64,000 nucleotides of DNA from Tubulanus polymorphus (GCF_964204645.1 NC_134033.1:248001-312000), one strand, 5' to 3'. Shown: positions 13,936-30,021, numbered from the stretch's first letter. Notes: generated by a model from the sequence alone, not told the origin. Numbers and translations are program-made.

Positions 13936-14986
13936 AACTCGAGTATAACACCTCGCAGTGCTGGTTGTTCAAATACTCCATTGTTTTACTCGTTAATTTT
14001 TCCGGTATCGTAGGGGGAGGGGGGTGAGAAGGGGGGAGGGGGTGAGAAGGGGGGAGGGGGTGAGAAGGGGGAGGGGGTGAGAAGGGGGGGCAGGGGAGGA
14101 TAAGTTAGGGGGGTTGGGATTGAGTAGGATGAGTATAAATGATAAACCAATAGCGTACTTACGAAATCTTCCAAACGCCTGACGTTCATTGACATAGGTC
14201 CACGGGACGCTTTTACGAGAAATGTTTTGAAAAAAGCACATTTGACTTATTTTAGGAGTGTAACCTGCCACAGATGAGGTCGGTCCGGGTACTACCCCTG
14301 GAAATATGCCACGTGACACATTGAGGAGGTTGAATACTGATATCATTACTTCACTACGACTGTCCATGGAGCCGTATATACATTATAAATAGTACCTCGA
14401 CGAAATGAGGTCACGATTTCACCACGATTTCGCGTAATAAAGGATTGAGATATAAACTTGACCTGTTTGTAAAATCTTCGTGGAATCAATTCAACTTGAT
14501 CTGTATTGTAGGAACGCGCGCGAAACGGATTTAAAAATCGATTCTAAAAGTTAATGAAAATTCCAGGATTCGACCCTGACGCTGAAAATAAAACGCGCCA
14601 TTTTGTGATTATAAGCCCTTCAATAACGGTTATCATTGTTTTACTCGTTGTTGTCATCGGCAACGACTGTTTAAATCGCGTGTTCCGCCAATTATTCCCA
14701 CTTTAAACATTGAATTTACTTTCTGATGTCGAACATGTTTGTCTAGCGGTCAAACTCAACTCGCTTGTGCTGATGACCACTTGACCACAGTCCAGTTCTG
14801 TTCCAGTAAATATTGATAATATACCGGTGTCTGTGTGTGCAGCACAGTGAACACGTGATCAAACTGCAGCATTTTAAACTTTTAATCACCATCGACTTCA
14901 GTTTGAATTTATATTAGATTCATATTTGATTCTACGTTAATCAGAATTCAATTTATATCACAGTTTGTGAAGGTCGGATCTGACTT

Positions 14987-15712
14987 TTACTGCGGTAAAT
15001 ACTGAGTAAGAGTTTGTGAAATACAGTAGACTCTGTCTCTTACTGCGGTAAAGTTGAGACCGGTAAAATTCCACCCCGAGTTGGTGTCAAATACTGAGTA
15101 AGAGTTTGTGAAATACAGTAGACTCTGTCTCTTACTGCGGTTAAGTTGAGACCGGTAAAATTCTACCCCGAGTTTGTGTCAAATACTGAGTAAGAGTTTG
15201 TGAAATACAGTAGACTCTGTCTCTTACCGTGGTAAAGTTGAGACCGGTAAAATTCCACCCCGAGTTGGTGTCAAATACTGAGTAAGAGTTTGTGAAACAC
15301 AGTAGACTCTGTCTCTTACTGCGGTTAAGTTGAGACCGGTAAAATTCTACCCCGAGTTTGTGTCAAATACTGAGTAAGAGTTTGTGAAATACAGTAGACT
15401 CTGTCTCTTACTGCGGTTAAGTTGAGACCGGTAAAATTCTACCCCGAGTTGGTGTCAAATACTGAGTAAGAGTTTGTGAAATACATTAGACTCTGTCTCT
15501 TACTGCGGTAAAGTTGAGACCGGTAAAATTCTACCCCGAGTTGGTGTCAAATACTGAGTAAGAGTTAGTGAAATACAGTAGACTCTGTCTCTTACTGCGG
15601 TAAAGTTGAGACTGGTAAAATTCTACCCCGAGTTTGTGTCAAATACTGAGTAAGAGTTTGTGAAATACAGTAGACTCTGTCTCTTACCGTGGTAAAGTTG
15701 AAACTGGTAAAA
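14987..15712 (-). repeat. 92-bp satellite array (about 7-8 copies), reverse complement of 12860-13349
   Basis: Same unit in opposite orientation. Confidence 0.95.
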
Positions 15713-15994
15713 TGTTAGGGGCTAACAACATATTGACCCAATTCCACTAATTTCAACGTTCTAATTGACGCCTTGTTGAGGGTGCGGCCTGGGTGAGAAT
15801 TGCGGTTTCCTGTGTAATGAGAGAGAGCTGCAAATGGAGTACTCCGGATGGAGTGCTCCGGCGTTTCCGTTTTGCGCTGCTAACTTGCTGTCAAAATCAT
15901 CACAAAAACAAAGAACTCTACATCAGAAAATTCGATAATGTTCGCGAGGACTAACGGCTATAGAGAATCGGATACATCGCTGGGTACATAATAC

Positions 15995-16286
15995 GTGTAC
16001 CCTTAGAGACAGGATTCAATGTGTACCCTTAGAGACAGGATTCAATGTGTACCCTTAGAGACAGGATTCAATGTGTACCCTTAGAGACAGGATTCAATGT
16101 GTACCCTTAGAGACAGGATTCAATGTGTACCCTTAGAGACAGGATTCAATGTGTACCCTTAGAGACAGGATTCAATGTGTACCCTTAGAGACAGGATTCA
16201 ATGTGTACCCTTAGAGACAGGATTCAATGTGTACCCTTAGAGACAGGATTCAATGTGTACCCTTAGAGACAGGATTCAATGTGTAC
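15995..16286. repeat. 26-bp minisatellite GTGTACCCTTAGAGACAGGATTCAAT, 11 copies
   Basis: Perfect tandem units. Confidence 0.97.
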
Positions 16287-16623
16287 TATGATATCTCACT
16301 AAAACACAATTTTCTCAGAAAACAGTTGATTATTGATCTTAATTTCACCGAATCACATTCTCATTTATAAAACTATCAGTCACGTCTCACAGTCGTCTCT
16401 ATATCGAGGTTGCGCGATAGAGCGGCGATCGTTCGTTTCTGTATCTGGTCACCAGGGGGCGTTGAATAGAATTTAAACAGAAAATGAAACTTTAATCCAC
16501 GGCAAATTATATCAGGCAAAAACAAAAATAATACAAATTCTGTTTTTTAAATGATTTTAATGACAATCTGACTACATTTTCAGATAGAAATACAGCGTGT
16601 GCGCGGTGTGCGCTAATCGAGAT

Positions 16624-19146
16624 CTAACTGAATGATTCATCATTTTCCTTATTGCCATCACAATCCCCGCAGGCACCCGTCATTTTACCCGCATAGAGGG
16701 CGCTATCTACCGATACGGCCAGCGATTTATGACGCGGTTTAAAGAAAATGGAAATCTTACATTCAGGATATGAGATTTTCAGAAAATCGTCGATATCAGG
16801 ATCGTTGTCCTTAACTGCTGAAATATCATCGTTAACAGTACTTGAGGTCTTAATCTCACTATCTCCGATCTGAAACAAAAAATCGATATCCTGTTATCGA
16901 ATTGTTAACCACCCACTATGACGTCAGAGAGTATATTTGCCCACATTTAATACTACTATGACGTCACACTTAAATGATTCGATGGCATAGGTCTACAGGA
17001 TGAATTTCGGTTTTTTTTTCATGGTAAGTGACAAGTGACAGGAGAACCAGACCACGTGATATAGTCCGGACCGCAACGCACACTTCACAGTGTCGGCCAT
17101 CTTGGAAACAGGTCCCAACTACAATCACGTGGTCAACTATATCCGGGCCACAGTTCTAACTAACTGACATTCGGTCTCGACACTTAGTCGACTAAATACG
17201 ACAACCGATGTTCGCCTAGGTCACTTCCTCTTCCCGTGATGCCGCCCTGTGAAACCGGCTGGTCCTGCCACCTACCTTTAATGTCATGTTATCGCTTAAG
17301 ATGATATCGCTATCCATCACGGCAAATTTAATACGAGCCACGACGATATGCGGAGGGGTCTGCTCGTTGTATTTCCGCTTCCGGTCTGATACAGCGGTTA
17401 AAGTGTATTTGCATTTGTCCGGTATCGCGTCCGTCGACTCACTGACTAAATGTTCGCCCAGTTCCTGATTAGCGAACGATTTTGTGAGATGGTCGAATGT
17501 GTTCAGATGCGGATCACCGTGTATTGAACACACACAATCTGTAAACAGTGTTTATATAACATCGTCATTGTGCATTAAGGCTAAAAAAAATTGATACCTT
17601 GTTTCTCCGCTCTGCTGAGCTTAAATGTTGACCCGGCCGGCTGCCTATCTACCCTATACATTACTTTTTTTTAAATCGTGATCAATTTCACCATAACAGA
17701 CCCGGCTGCTATAGAAATGAATTGTTTATAAATTTTATCATATTTTACTAAAATGACCCGGCCGCTGCGGAGAAACAAGGTATCATTTTTGTTTAGCCTA
17801 AAGTGTATATACTGACTAATAATAATTTTACTGAATTTTTTAAAAGACTCGTAGAGTAGCCTGGTGTTAGCCGGGTTTACAATAAATAACCAGGGTCCAA
17901 TTCCACAGTTGTGAGTTAAGGTTTAACTCAGAGTTAACTCTAACTCACAACTGTGGAACTGGGTCCAGACCAGTAGTACTATACAGGTTAACTATATCTA
18001 TTTGACGCACCAGTTTTCGCTACTAATGTAAAGAAGCTTCATCAGCTTAAGGATGAGGCTGATGAAGTTACTGAAAGCTCGTGCGTCTCATAGAATAGTT
18101 ACAGCGACAGAACTACTCGTCTAGTTGTGAATTCAGCTCAGTAGCATCGCTTGAAGAATTCAGCCATGTCAGCCGCATATATAACTGTGGAATCGAGTCT
18201 AGAAATATTGAATTGTGGAACTTGATCAATGTAATCTATATTAACAAAAAACTTCTCCATAAATAGAGACACAATGGAGTTAGAACGTTATAAGTGTTCT
18301 ACTGGCCGTGTTATAGTGTTACTGGCCGTATTCTAGTGTTACTCACCGTGTAAATCGAAAAGTTGATCATTTAGCACTTTTTTGACGAAGTTCTTTTTTT
18401 TCTGCTTGGCACTGCGAGCTTTGGATTTTATTTTTTTCACTAACAAACCCTCGAGCGCTTCGCGGTCACGTGCCGAATTATTAGACACGAGAGAGTCGAA
18501 TAAATCTGTAATATCCACATCACAACAAATTCACTTTCTAATTTTCCATATTGATTTAAGGGTTTAAATTTGCATACGATTAGGTATGCACTCGTAGTTC
18601 TGATTGGTCAGTTAACCGAAGGACCACCGATACGAGCCAATCAGAGTGGATTTAACATACCTGACAATGGTAAGCTATCTCCATCAAATAACTTCTTTAC
18701 TGAAGTTCTAATACCATTCGAGTCGACTTCATCCCTGATTCTATATACATTAAATCAACATGTTTTATTAGTAACTAATCATAATTTTACTGAATCGCTG
18801 AAGTCATCGAGAATGAGAAGGTCGTTGATTTCAATTAATTATAATTTTACTGAATCGTTTGAAGTCATCGAGAATGAGAAGGTCGTTGATTACAATTAAT
18901 TAAAATTTTGCTGAATCGCTGAAGTCATCGAGAATGAGAAGGTCGTTATCGTTATTATGAAAGATGTTTATTACTAATTACTTACGCTTCGAAAGCCAGA
19001 TCATCCAACTCAGGAATCTCATCGACATCGTCAGCAACCTGTTCCACGTCTATTCCTGCTGTTGTTCCAACTTGCGCATGCGCAAACACTGCTAATAAAG
19101 CTGCTATGATGAATAGCCTGTAGATGAGTCCCACTGCGTTAAACAT
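16624..19146 (-). CDS. Secreted single von Willebrand factor type D (VWD) domain protein, about 302 aa, 5 exons
   Basis: Exons 19146-18986, 18740-18661, 18505-18347, 17538-17276 and 16869-16624 all have GT/AG boundaries and join in phase (909 nt). Signal peptide MFNAVGLIYRLFIIAALLAVFAHA; VWD hallmarks CSIHGDPHLNTFD and MTGACGDCDGNKEND. Confidence 0.85.
17579..17798. mobile_element. PIF/Harbinger (Tourist-like) MITE with about 30-bp TIRs and TAA target-site duplication, in intron 3 of the VWD gene
   Basis: Left end GGCTAAAAAAAATTGATACCTTGTTTCTCCGC; right end reverse complement GGCTAAACAAAAATGATACCTTGTTTCTCCGC; TAA on both sides. Confidence 0.8.
17894..17965. mobile_element. Short palindromic MITE (CCAGTTCCACAGTTG-type TIR family) with CAG target-site duplication
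   Basis: 25-bp imperfect TIRs; CAG at 17891-17893 and 17966-17968. Confidence 0.75.
18777..18947. repeat. About 60-bp tandem repeat, 3 copies, in intron 1 of the VWD gene
   Basis: TAATTTTACTGAATCGCTGAAGTCATCGAGAATGAGAAGGTCGTT x3. Confidence 0.85.
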
Positions 19147-19215
19147 CTTTACACCGTCAAACTGAATTAGTTATTGATTTTAGACATTCACACTACAAGA
19201 GAGAGGAGAGGGAGA

Positions 19216-19421
19216 GAGGCAGAGGCAGAGGCAGAGGCAGAGGCAGAGGCAGAGGCAGAAGCAGAGGCAGAGGCAGAGGCAGAGGCAGAGGCAGAGGCAG
19301 AGGCAGAGGCAGAGGCAGAGGCAGAGGCAGAGGCAGAGGCAGAGGCAGAGGCAGAGGCAGGGCAGAGGCAGAGGCAGAGGCAGAGGCAGAGGCAGAGGCA
19401 GAGGCAGAGGCAGAGGCAGAG
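19216..19421. repeat. (GAGGCA)n hexamer repeat
   Basis: Direct inspection. Confidence 0.97.
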
Positions 19422-20016
19422 GAAAGAGGAGGAGAGGGTTAGTCGCGACTATAGTCGAACTAAGTGAAACCGAATCTCCATTAGTCGGAACTATAGTCCG
19501 GAAATAGTTCGGAAATAAAGCGCATTCGGTTATTAGTTCCGACCACTAGTCGACTATAGATACGAAAACCGAATTTGGCCCAGGAGGACTTGCTTGATTT
19601 ATACAGCTAGGAGGACTTAGTTAGTTTTACCTGCTAAACTCTTGGCGTCCGTTTTAACAATGACTCAACTTCTGAACTGTTTATAAATCAGTGTTTGTGC
19701 GACTGACTGATTTTGATAATTTGTTTGTCAGCTGGATTTCGGCAACTGCTGTATTTGATGTAATTATTAACGCTTTTATGAACTTTATTTACGTGTCAAT
19801 CAGTTCAAACTCATATATTGATCATATACAGGGAGTTTCAGTATCAACGCTACCAGATCTAACCTTAAATTTCAAATCATATTCTTCCCATAAACCCCTT
19901 AAACTGTGTACATCACTGGAAAGCTTTAAATTTCCGGTACTGTAAGTGGATAGTCAGCACACCTGACTGGTCACTGGTCACCACACCTGACCGGTCAAAC
20001 CCGACCAATCACCACC

Positions 20017-20090
20017 GGTCTATGGTCTAGAGGGTAGCATGCTCGGTCGGAATGCTGGAGTTGGCAGGTTCGAGTCCCGCTAGTGGCCTA
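20017..20090 (+). mobile_element. tRNA-derived SINE head or tRNA pseudogene
   Basis: A-box-like TGGTCTAGAGGG and B-box GGTTCGAGTCCC at tRNA spacing, but no convincing acceptor or anticodon stems; related B-box segments occur at 38581 and 38654 on the minus strand. Confidence 0.5.
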
Positions 20091-20410
20091 TTATTATGAA
20101 GTATTTTTGTTCAGGTTTTTGTGAATGAAAAACGGTTTTTTAACGAAACTCGTAGTAAACAATGGTAACAATTTGCACCTGGTGTTTCACACTGCAGTCG
20201 GGTTAGAGGGATGGGAGAGTATTACTGATTATTTCATTAATTAGACGTTTAAATATCAGCAGAAATGACACTCGACCCACCTGACACACTCACACAAACA
20301 CCTGACACACTCGTGGGGAATGTTACTGGATCAAACAGGTGTTCATTTTTTAATTAGTTCAGTAAATATAGTAGCTATTATTATTCACGGAATTATCATT
20401 TAGAGATCGT

Positions 20411-20908
20411 CAGAGAACAGCAGAGATCAGCAGAGATCAGCACAACACAGCAGAGATCAACAGAGATCAGCACAACACAGCAGAGATCAGCAGAACACAG
20501 CAGAGATCAGCAGAACACAGCAGAGATCAGCAGAACACAGCAGAGATCAGCAGAACACAGCAGAGATCAGCAGAACACAGCAGAGATCAGCAGAGATCAG
20601 CACAACACAGCAGAGATCAGCAGAACACAGCAGAGATCAGCAGAGATCAGCACAACACAGCAGAGATCAGCAGAACACAGCAGAGATCAGCAGAACACAG
20701 CAGAGATCAGCACAACACAGCAGAGATCAGCAGAACACAGCAGAGATCAGCAGAACACAGCAGAGATCAGCAGAACACAGCAGAGATCAGCAGAACACAG
20801 CAGAGATCAGCAGAACACAGCAGAGATCAGCAGAACACAGCAGAGATCAGCACAACACAGCAGAGATCAGCAGAACACAGCAGAGATCAGCAGAACACAG
20901 CAGAGATC
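20411..20908. repeat. Mosaic 10/20-bp satellite (CAGAGATCAG / CAGAACACAG / CACAACACAG)
   Basis: Tandem decamer variants. Confidence 0.95.
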
Positions 20909-21400
20909 GGTTCATCGTACAGGACAACTATCTGTGATGGAACTCGAAGCGTCGTGAAGGATTTAAGGAATCGTCAGTGAGATCAGGTCAAAGTTTCTTC
21001 TCATAAACTCGTCACGGATATAGAGAAGTGTGGACTTGGAAATGTCTTCTAAAAGTCCTGTTAGATATCTACAAGAGGTGAATCCAATAGGAGAGTGATT
21101 CGGCTTCGGGTGAATCATGGTCCTATAGGAGAGTGATTCGGCTTCGGGTAGGTAAAAGGGTAGCTTAGGCTGCAGATTATCTTAAACCAACTTCGACTGA
21201 ATAAATTGAAACTTGTGTTCAAGCTTAAAACATTAAGTATTAACGATGAAGTAGATGAAATGACGTGTCGTCGATATCAATTATTTCTCACAGCTGTTGC
21301 CCCCGTGTGTGCTCAATATCTGGGTTGACAAATGAAGTTGAACAACAGGGTTAAGTATTAATCAATCGTTATACAAAGAGTTCAGTTCAAACTGTTTATA

Positions 21401-21499
21401 AAATGGAAACAATATTCCACCCTAAAGTGGAAACAATATTCCACCCTAAAGTGGAAACAATATTCCACCCTAAAGTGGAAACAATATTCCACCCTAAAG
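21401..21499. repeat. 24-bp tandem repeat, 4 copies
   Basis: AAAGTGGAAACAATATTCCACCCT. Confidence 0.9.
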
Positions 21500-21920
21500 G
21501 TTTTTTAAACATCTTACGTTTTCCTAAATTTATGAAGGATTTTTCATGAATTACCGAAAAGACGGAAAGAGTTTCCAAAACTGTTGGCTTCGGTTCATAG
21601 CATCTCAAATGTTCTCTTAAGCAGGTATCTGTCTGTACCCACAACCTCTGCGCCATCACCTCTCAAATGGTTAATGTCTGTCTAAACTTGATGGTTGTCT
21701 GTCTAAACTAATTTTCAAATAAAATGTCAGTTGTCCTGCGACAAGGGTTGTTGATACCTGGATGAATATGTTTTAGGAAAATGGCGAATCTCAGTATATT
21801 TGACAGCCGAATGCAAACTGTATTTCAACAAATATCTTAAAAAAAACTTGATTGAATGTTTTAACACTGGATCGATTCGATCTGGCATTTCTTTTGTTTT
21901 ACTAACAAGCAGCATCGAGG

Positions 21921-22125
21921 TCCGCTTCGGGCTGTAATTAGGGTTTTAGGGTAAGTCAGATCCGCTTCGGGCTGTGATTAGGGTTTTAGGGTTAGTCAGA
22001 TCCGCTTCGGGCTGTGATTAGGGTTTTAGGGTAAGTCAGATCCGCTTCGGGCTGTGATTAGGGTTTTAGGGTTAGTCAGATCCGCTTCGGGCTGTGATTA
22101 GGGTTTTAGAGTTAGTCAGATCTGC
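21921..22125. repeat. 40-bp tandem repeat, 5 copies, containing TTAGGG motifs
   Basis: TCCGCTTCGGGCTGTGATTAGGGTTTTAGGGT[A/T]AGTCAGA. Confidence 0.9.
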
Positions 22126-22389
22126 TTGAAGCTGTGGTTTGTCTCTCATTTCAGATTGTTAGGTGAAGTATAAACATATATATATATAAACATATTGATC
22201 TGACAAGTGACAAAGCTGGTTGTATTCAATAACTCCCCTCTCCCCACACTCCCCTCTCCCCTCTACCAACTCCCCTCTACCAACTCCCCACTCCCCTCTC
22301 CCACTCCCCTCTCCCAACTCCCCTCTCCGTGGATTCATAACTATTGCATCATATTGATTATAAAATACATTCCACATTTTGAATTGTAG

Positions 22390-25172
<2,783 letters not shown>

Positions 25173-25194
25173 CGAGTAAACTCCATTCTTCCTC

Positions 25195-25430
25195 GAGATA
25201 GTTTAGGCGAATTTATCATCGAGAATAGAGTAGGCGAATTTATCATCGAGATGGTTTAGGCGAATTTATCTTCGAGAATAGAGTAGGCGAATTTATCATC
25301 GAGATGGTTTAGACGAATTTATCTTCGAGAATAGTTTAGGTCAACTTATCCTCGAAAGTAGTGTAGGCGAATCTATATATCATTGTGAGTAGTTTAGGCG
25401 AATTTATCCCAGATAGTTTAGGCGAAGTTA
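25195..25430. repeat. About 27-bp degenerate tandem repeat (TAGGCGAATTTATC..CGAGA)
   Basis: Direct inspection. Confidence 0.8.
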
Positions 25431-25715
25431 TCCAACGGCCTATCGTCAAAATGGTCAAAAACTCAAAGTGAAAACTGATCATAGTCAATTCCAGAGGCAG
25501 CAGTTTTATTTTCGACACGTGACTTGCAAATAACGATAATCAAAAATCAAATACGATTTAACAGGGGGGAAATCGCCTCTATTAACAAACGTGTGGTGCC
25601 CGTGGGGGCAGGGCGTTGTTCATTGGAAATTTTTGTTCAGAATGTAGCGTTGAGAATGTATCAATAAAATGTATCGATATATTTGAATTTGAGTTTGAGT
25701 TGTGTCTTGCGTAAA

Positions 25716-26148
25716 GAAGGAATCTGCAGTACCGGTACAGATCGGTGAAGGAATCTGCAGTACCGGTACAGATCGGTGAAGGAATCTGCAGTACCGGTAC
25801 AGATCGGTGAAGGAATCTCCAGTACCGGTATAGATCGGTGAAGGAATCTGCAGTACCGGTACAGATCGGTGAAGGAATCTGCAGTACCGGTACAGATAGG
25901 TGAAGGAATCTGCAGTACCGGTATAGATCGGTGAAGGAATCTGCAGTACCGGTATAGATCGGTGAAGGAATCTGCAGTACCGGTACAGATCGGTGAAGGA
26001 ATCTGCAGTACCGGTATAGATCGGTGAAGGAATCTGCAGTACCGGTACAGATCGGTGAAGGAATCTGCAGTACCGGTATAGATCGGTGAAGGAATCTGAA
26101 GTACCGGTATAGATCGGTGAAGGAATCTGCAGTACCGGTATAGATCGG
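25716..26148. repeat. 31-bp minisatellite, about 14 copies
   Basis: GAAGGAATCTGCAGTACCGGTAYAGATCGGT. Confidence 0.95.
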
Positions 26149-26877
26149 TCTGGTAATTCATAAGTCCGTTTCCGTGTCCGCTACTTCAACGTCTCACATC
26201 GAGGATCAATAATGTTAATTTGATTTTGACTTGAGTTCGATGGTCCGGTCCATGAGTCCGAATATCAATTCAATTTAAACTTTGTTGGAGTCATCAATTA
26301 AATAAAATTAAATTTATTCGTTATCAACCTCTGAAAGATCGTCAATAAATTGGAACGAAAGAAAGATGGGAAAACCGACAACTGTGTCAGATAGCGGTAA
26401 TATCACCGAGTTCTGTTTGTCGTAATCAGTGACAGTGTAATCGCTGCTGACCTAATTCCCGATGGTAGTAATCAGCTGATCAGCTGATCAGTTGACGAAG
26501 TCGAATAGCTGCCTGATCACATGATTTTTCGAGTCTTAAACGAGTAAATTTCTTCAACGGTTTTAACAATAAAAGGTACGTGGTGTAAAATAATCGTGTC
26601 CTGAGTCTGTGTCAATAGACCTGTCACTGGCCGGGTCGAGAGTCTGGAGGAGGGACCAGGCAGGGGGGCGTAACTATCAGTCAGCTGTTCTTCTTTTCAG
26701 CTGCCCGCCTGCTGCCCCTAGGCCACCCCTACCCCTCACAGCCACCCCACCCCAGCCCCTCGGCCATACCAAACCAACCCCTCACAGCCACCCCAGCCAC
26801 TCGGCCATACCAACCCCTTAATCTCCTTGTCGTCAGTTGTAACTATTTTGTTGTGATTTATATTTTATAGATTGATA

Positions 26878-29800
26878 ATGGTGAAGTTATATCTGAGAGG
26901 TCGATGGTGCCGGACCAAACTAAAACAAGTATTCTTCATTGTTATGATGGTAACGCTGGCCGTCGTGGTAACCAATGTAGTTTACGGGTTTATCTCGACT
27001 AATAAAACATCGACGGGAGTTGAGTCGGCGGGCTCGGCTCCCGGCGGGCCCGTCGCGGGCTCGGCTCCCGGCGGGCTCGACGCGGGCCGTCGTAGAAAAC
27101 ATCATAGACGCAGATTTAAAAATACGAAGAGTAATGAATTAATGCAGATTTGTCGCGTGGCGCCGTTAACTTTAAATAACAATCAGAATAAAGCTGCGTT
27201 TCAACAATTACCGCCATTAAACTGTCCCGGTCCGAGTCCTGTATTCTACCTAAAACACGGCGTGTTTCACGTGAATGAGACTAGTCTCGGGGAGCGTCTC
27301 GGGACCGCGGCTAGGACCGCGTCCCGTCCCGCGTCCAGTCATTTTAAACGCTGTGAATATCGCGCTATTTTACGCCGGAACGATAATTATCACGTTTATT
27401 CGACCGTTCATTCGAGAACCGCTAAATTCTCGCTGAAAATTCTGCACGATTTCTTCCGCGTCGGGTGCTTCCTGACGGAGCCGTCCCGTCGACGTCTCGA
27501 GATACAGGCCGGACATCGGTCGCGGGACTTGAAAGCGGCGCCGGACTCCGTTTTGGATCGCGATGAAATCGCGGACGAAAAACGTGACGATTTTAACAAG
27601 AAAATGAAAAAATCCGAATTAAAAAATCTTCTTAACGAGAGAAAAAGCGGGAAAAAAATCAATAATCAGAAAATCGAAACTTTAGAAGATGAGGAATTGG
27701 TTGCCGCGGAGATTCCAGATTTCGACCAGTTTTTCGTACAGGCTCGGCCAAATCCGAAAGTCTTCACAAGAATCGAACAACAACTGCGCGATCGCAAACA
27801 ATCGTCTATCGTTACTACGGAAACTACGCGACAGAAGATGAATGTATTGATTTTAATCGTCGATTCGATGTCTCATTTGAGTTATCAGAGAAATCTACCA
27901 AAAACTTACGCATTACTGAAAAAACTCAACTCAGTTATAATGAATCAGTATAATATTGTAGGGGACGGTACTACTGCTAATATTGTACCATTACTCACAG
28001 GTATAAATAATAGCCCCCTCTCCCCTCCCCTCTCCTCCCCCTCTCCTCCTCCGTCTCCCCTACTGATAAGTACAGATAAAGCAAACCCCTCCAGGGTCCC
28101 CTATAACTCCTTCATTCCTTAAAAACTCTTAAATGGGAAATGCTTTAAAGTCACCCGATTGAAACTCAGTTAATTTGAGCAGAATAGCTGAAACTCCTTT
28201 AAAACTCCATCTATCCTGGGCTCACTTTCATTAAAATGATTAAGGCCTAAATCGATTATTGAAGATAAACTGAAATTATGAAGAAATTAAATTGATTTTA
28301 AGAGTGAAACCTTTTTGTGAAACGGTGCCCAGGACCAGGACTGATCTGTAGGGACCTTGAAGCAGCAGGGTCAATGTAGACAGTCACCTCTATAATATGA
28401 GTATAGATACATGAAATCACTATAGATCTGATGATGTCATAGGGGGAATAATGTATATAATAAATGTATTGTGTATTGTAGGTAATTTAATAGAAGAGTT
28501 ACCGGAAACTCGTCCGGGAATTCCCGATACCTCGTACGTGGATCGATATCCGTTTATCTGGAACCGTTACGAGGAACGAGGTTACGCTACTCTTTACGCC
28601 GAGGATCAACCGAATATCGGTACGTTTAATCTACGTTTAAACGGTTTTGAGGAACCTCCCGTCGATCATTATATGCGGCCATTTTGGCAGGCGGTTGAGG
28701 ACTCGTCGCTGAACGACGCCAGTCATAAATTCTGTCTCGGATCGAAACCGAAGCACCAGTATTTGTTGGATTACGCGACGGACTTTTTCCGGAATTATCG
28801 AAACGTATCGAAATTCGCCGTGGTTTTCCCCGGAGAATTAACGCACGAGGACAACAATCCGGGTCAGTACCTTGACGACGACCTAGTTACCACGATTCTA
28901 CGTCTACAACACGAGCGCCACCTGGAGAACACGTTGTTAATCGTAATGAGCGATCACGGCGCTCGATACGGGGGAGTACGCGATACTCCTCAAGGTCGCG
29001 CGGAGGAGCGTCTGCCGATGATGTCCTTAACGTTCCCGCGCTGGTTCTACAAGGAACACCCGCGACTGATGAAGAATTTACGAGCGAACGCAGATCGTCT
29101 GCTGACTCCCTTCGACGTTCACGAGACTCTACTCGACGTTCTAAATGAGAACACGGCGCAGCGTTCAATCAGGTACAATCAACGCGGTATCAGTTTACTG
29201 CAGCAGGTACCGTTAAACCGCACCTGTCAATCAGCAGGTGTACCGATACACTGGTGCACCTGTTTACTAGGCGTAGATATCGATACGGTCGACCAGGTCG
29301 TTCAGAAATCGACCGGTTTAGTCGTCGACTCAATGAATAAATTAATTAAACCGTTTATTGATGACGATGTCTGCGATGAATTGACTCTCGATAAAATCTT
29401 GAGCGCCAGAAAATTCGCACCCATCGAACAGGTTAGTTTTACTACGAGATATTTCAGTTTGATTGTACCCAATTCCACTGTGGAACTGGATCCAGTAACT
29501 GTGGAACTGGATCCACCGCTGTGGAACTGGATCCACTACTGTGGAACTGGATCCACTGCTGTGGAACTGGATCCACTGCTGTGGAACTGGATCCACTGCT
29601 GTGGAACTGGATCCACAACTGTGGAATCGGGAGTTGATTCATAATTAATCCAAATTCTTCCATTTTTTTTCAGCTTCTCGAATTTTTGGATAAAAACGAA
29701 AACAAGAAGAATATAAACGGTAGACGTCGACACCAGGGGGCGTTAGCGTACCCTCACGTGACTAATTTCACCGAACGGGTTCGATTGGACAAGATGTTTT

Positions 29801-30021
29801 ATCAGGTGACATTTCAAACAAACCCTAATAAAGGCTGGTACGAAGCTACAGTAGAATATGAACAATCCACAGATAAATACCGTGTACTGCCGGATATCAG
29901 TCGTATTACTAGCTACGGTAACCAGTCGCATTGTATCGTTAAAACAGCCCCTCATTTACGTAGTTTCTGTAACTGTCGACAGGGCGCAGCACCGGTTACT
30001 AAACAATCGCAATATCATTAA
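26878..30021 (+). CDS. DUF229 family protein (alkaline phosphatase/sulfatase-like superfamily), type II membrane protein, about 806 aa, 3 coding exons
   Basis: Exons 26878-28000, 28482-29431 and 29674-30021 join in phase. N-terminal signal anchor VFFIVMMVTLAVVVTNVVYGFI; family motifs NVLILIVDSMSH, YNIVGDGTTAN, FIWNRYEERGYATLYAED, DHYMRPF, SDHGARYG, EERLP, RTC..AGVPIHWC. Confidence 0.9.
29477..29628. repeat. 20-21 bp intronic minisatellite CTGTGGAACTGGATCCAC.. derived from a MITE terminus
   Basis: Tandem units inside DUF229 intron 2. Confidence 0.9.

Noticed and set aside
13986-14367. Minus-strand ORFs with a GTAAGT donor near 14163
   Set aside because: No recognisable domain and no in-phase downstream exon found; it could be an alternative first exon but is unsupported.
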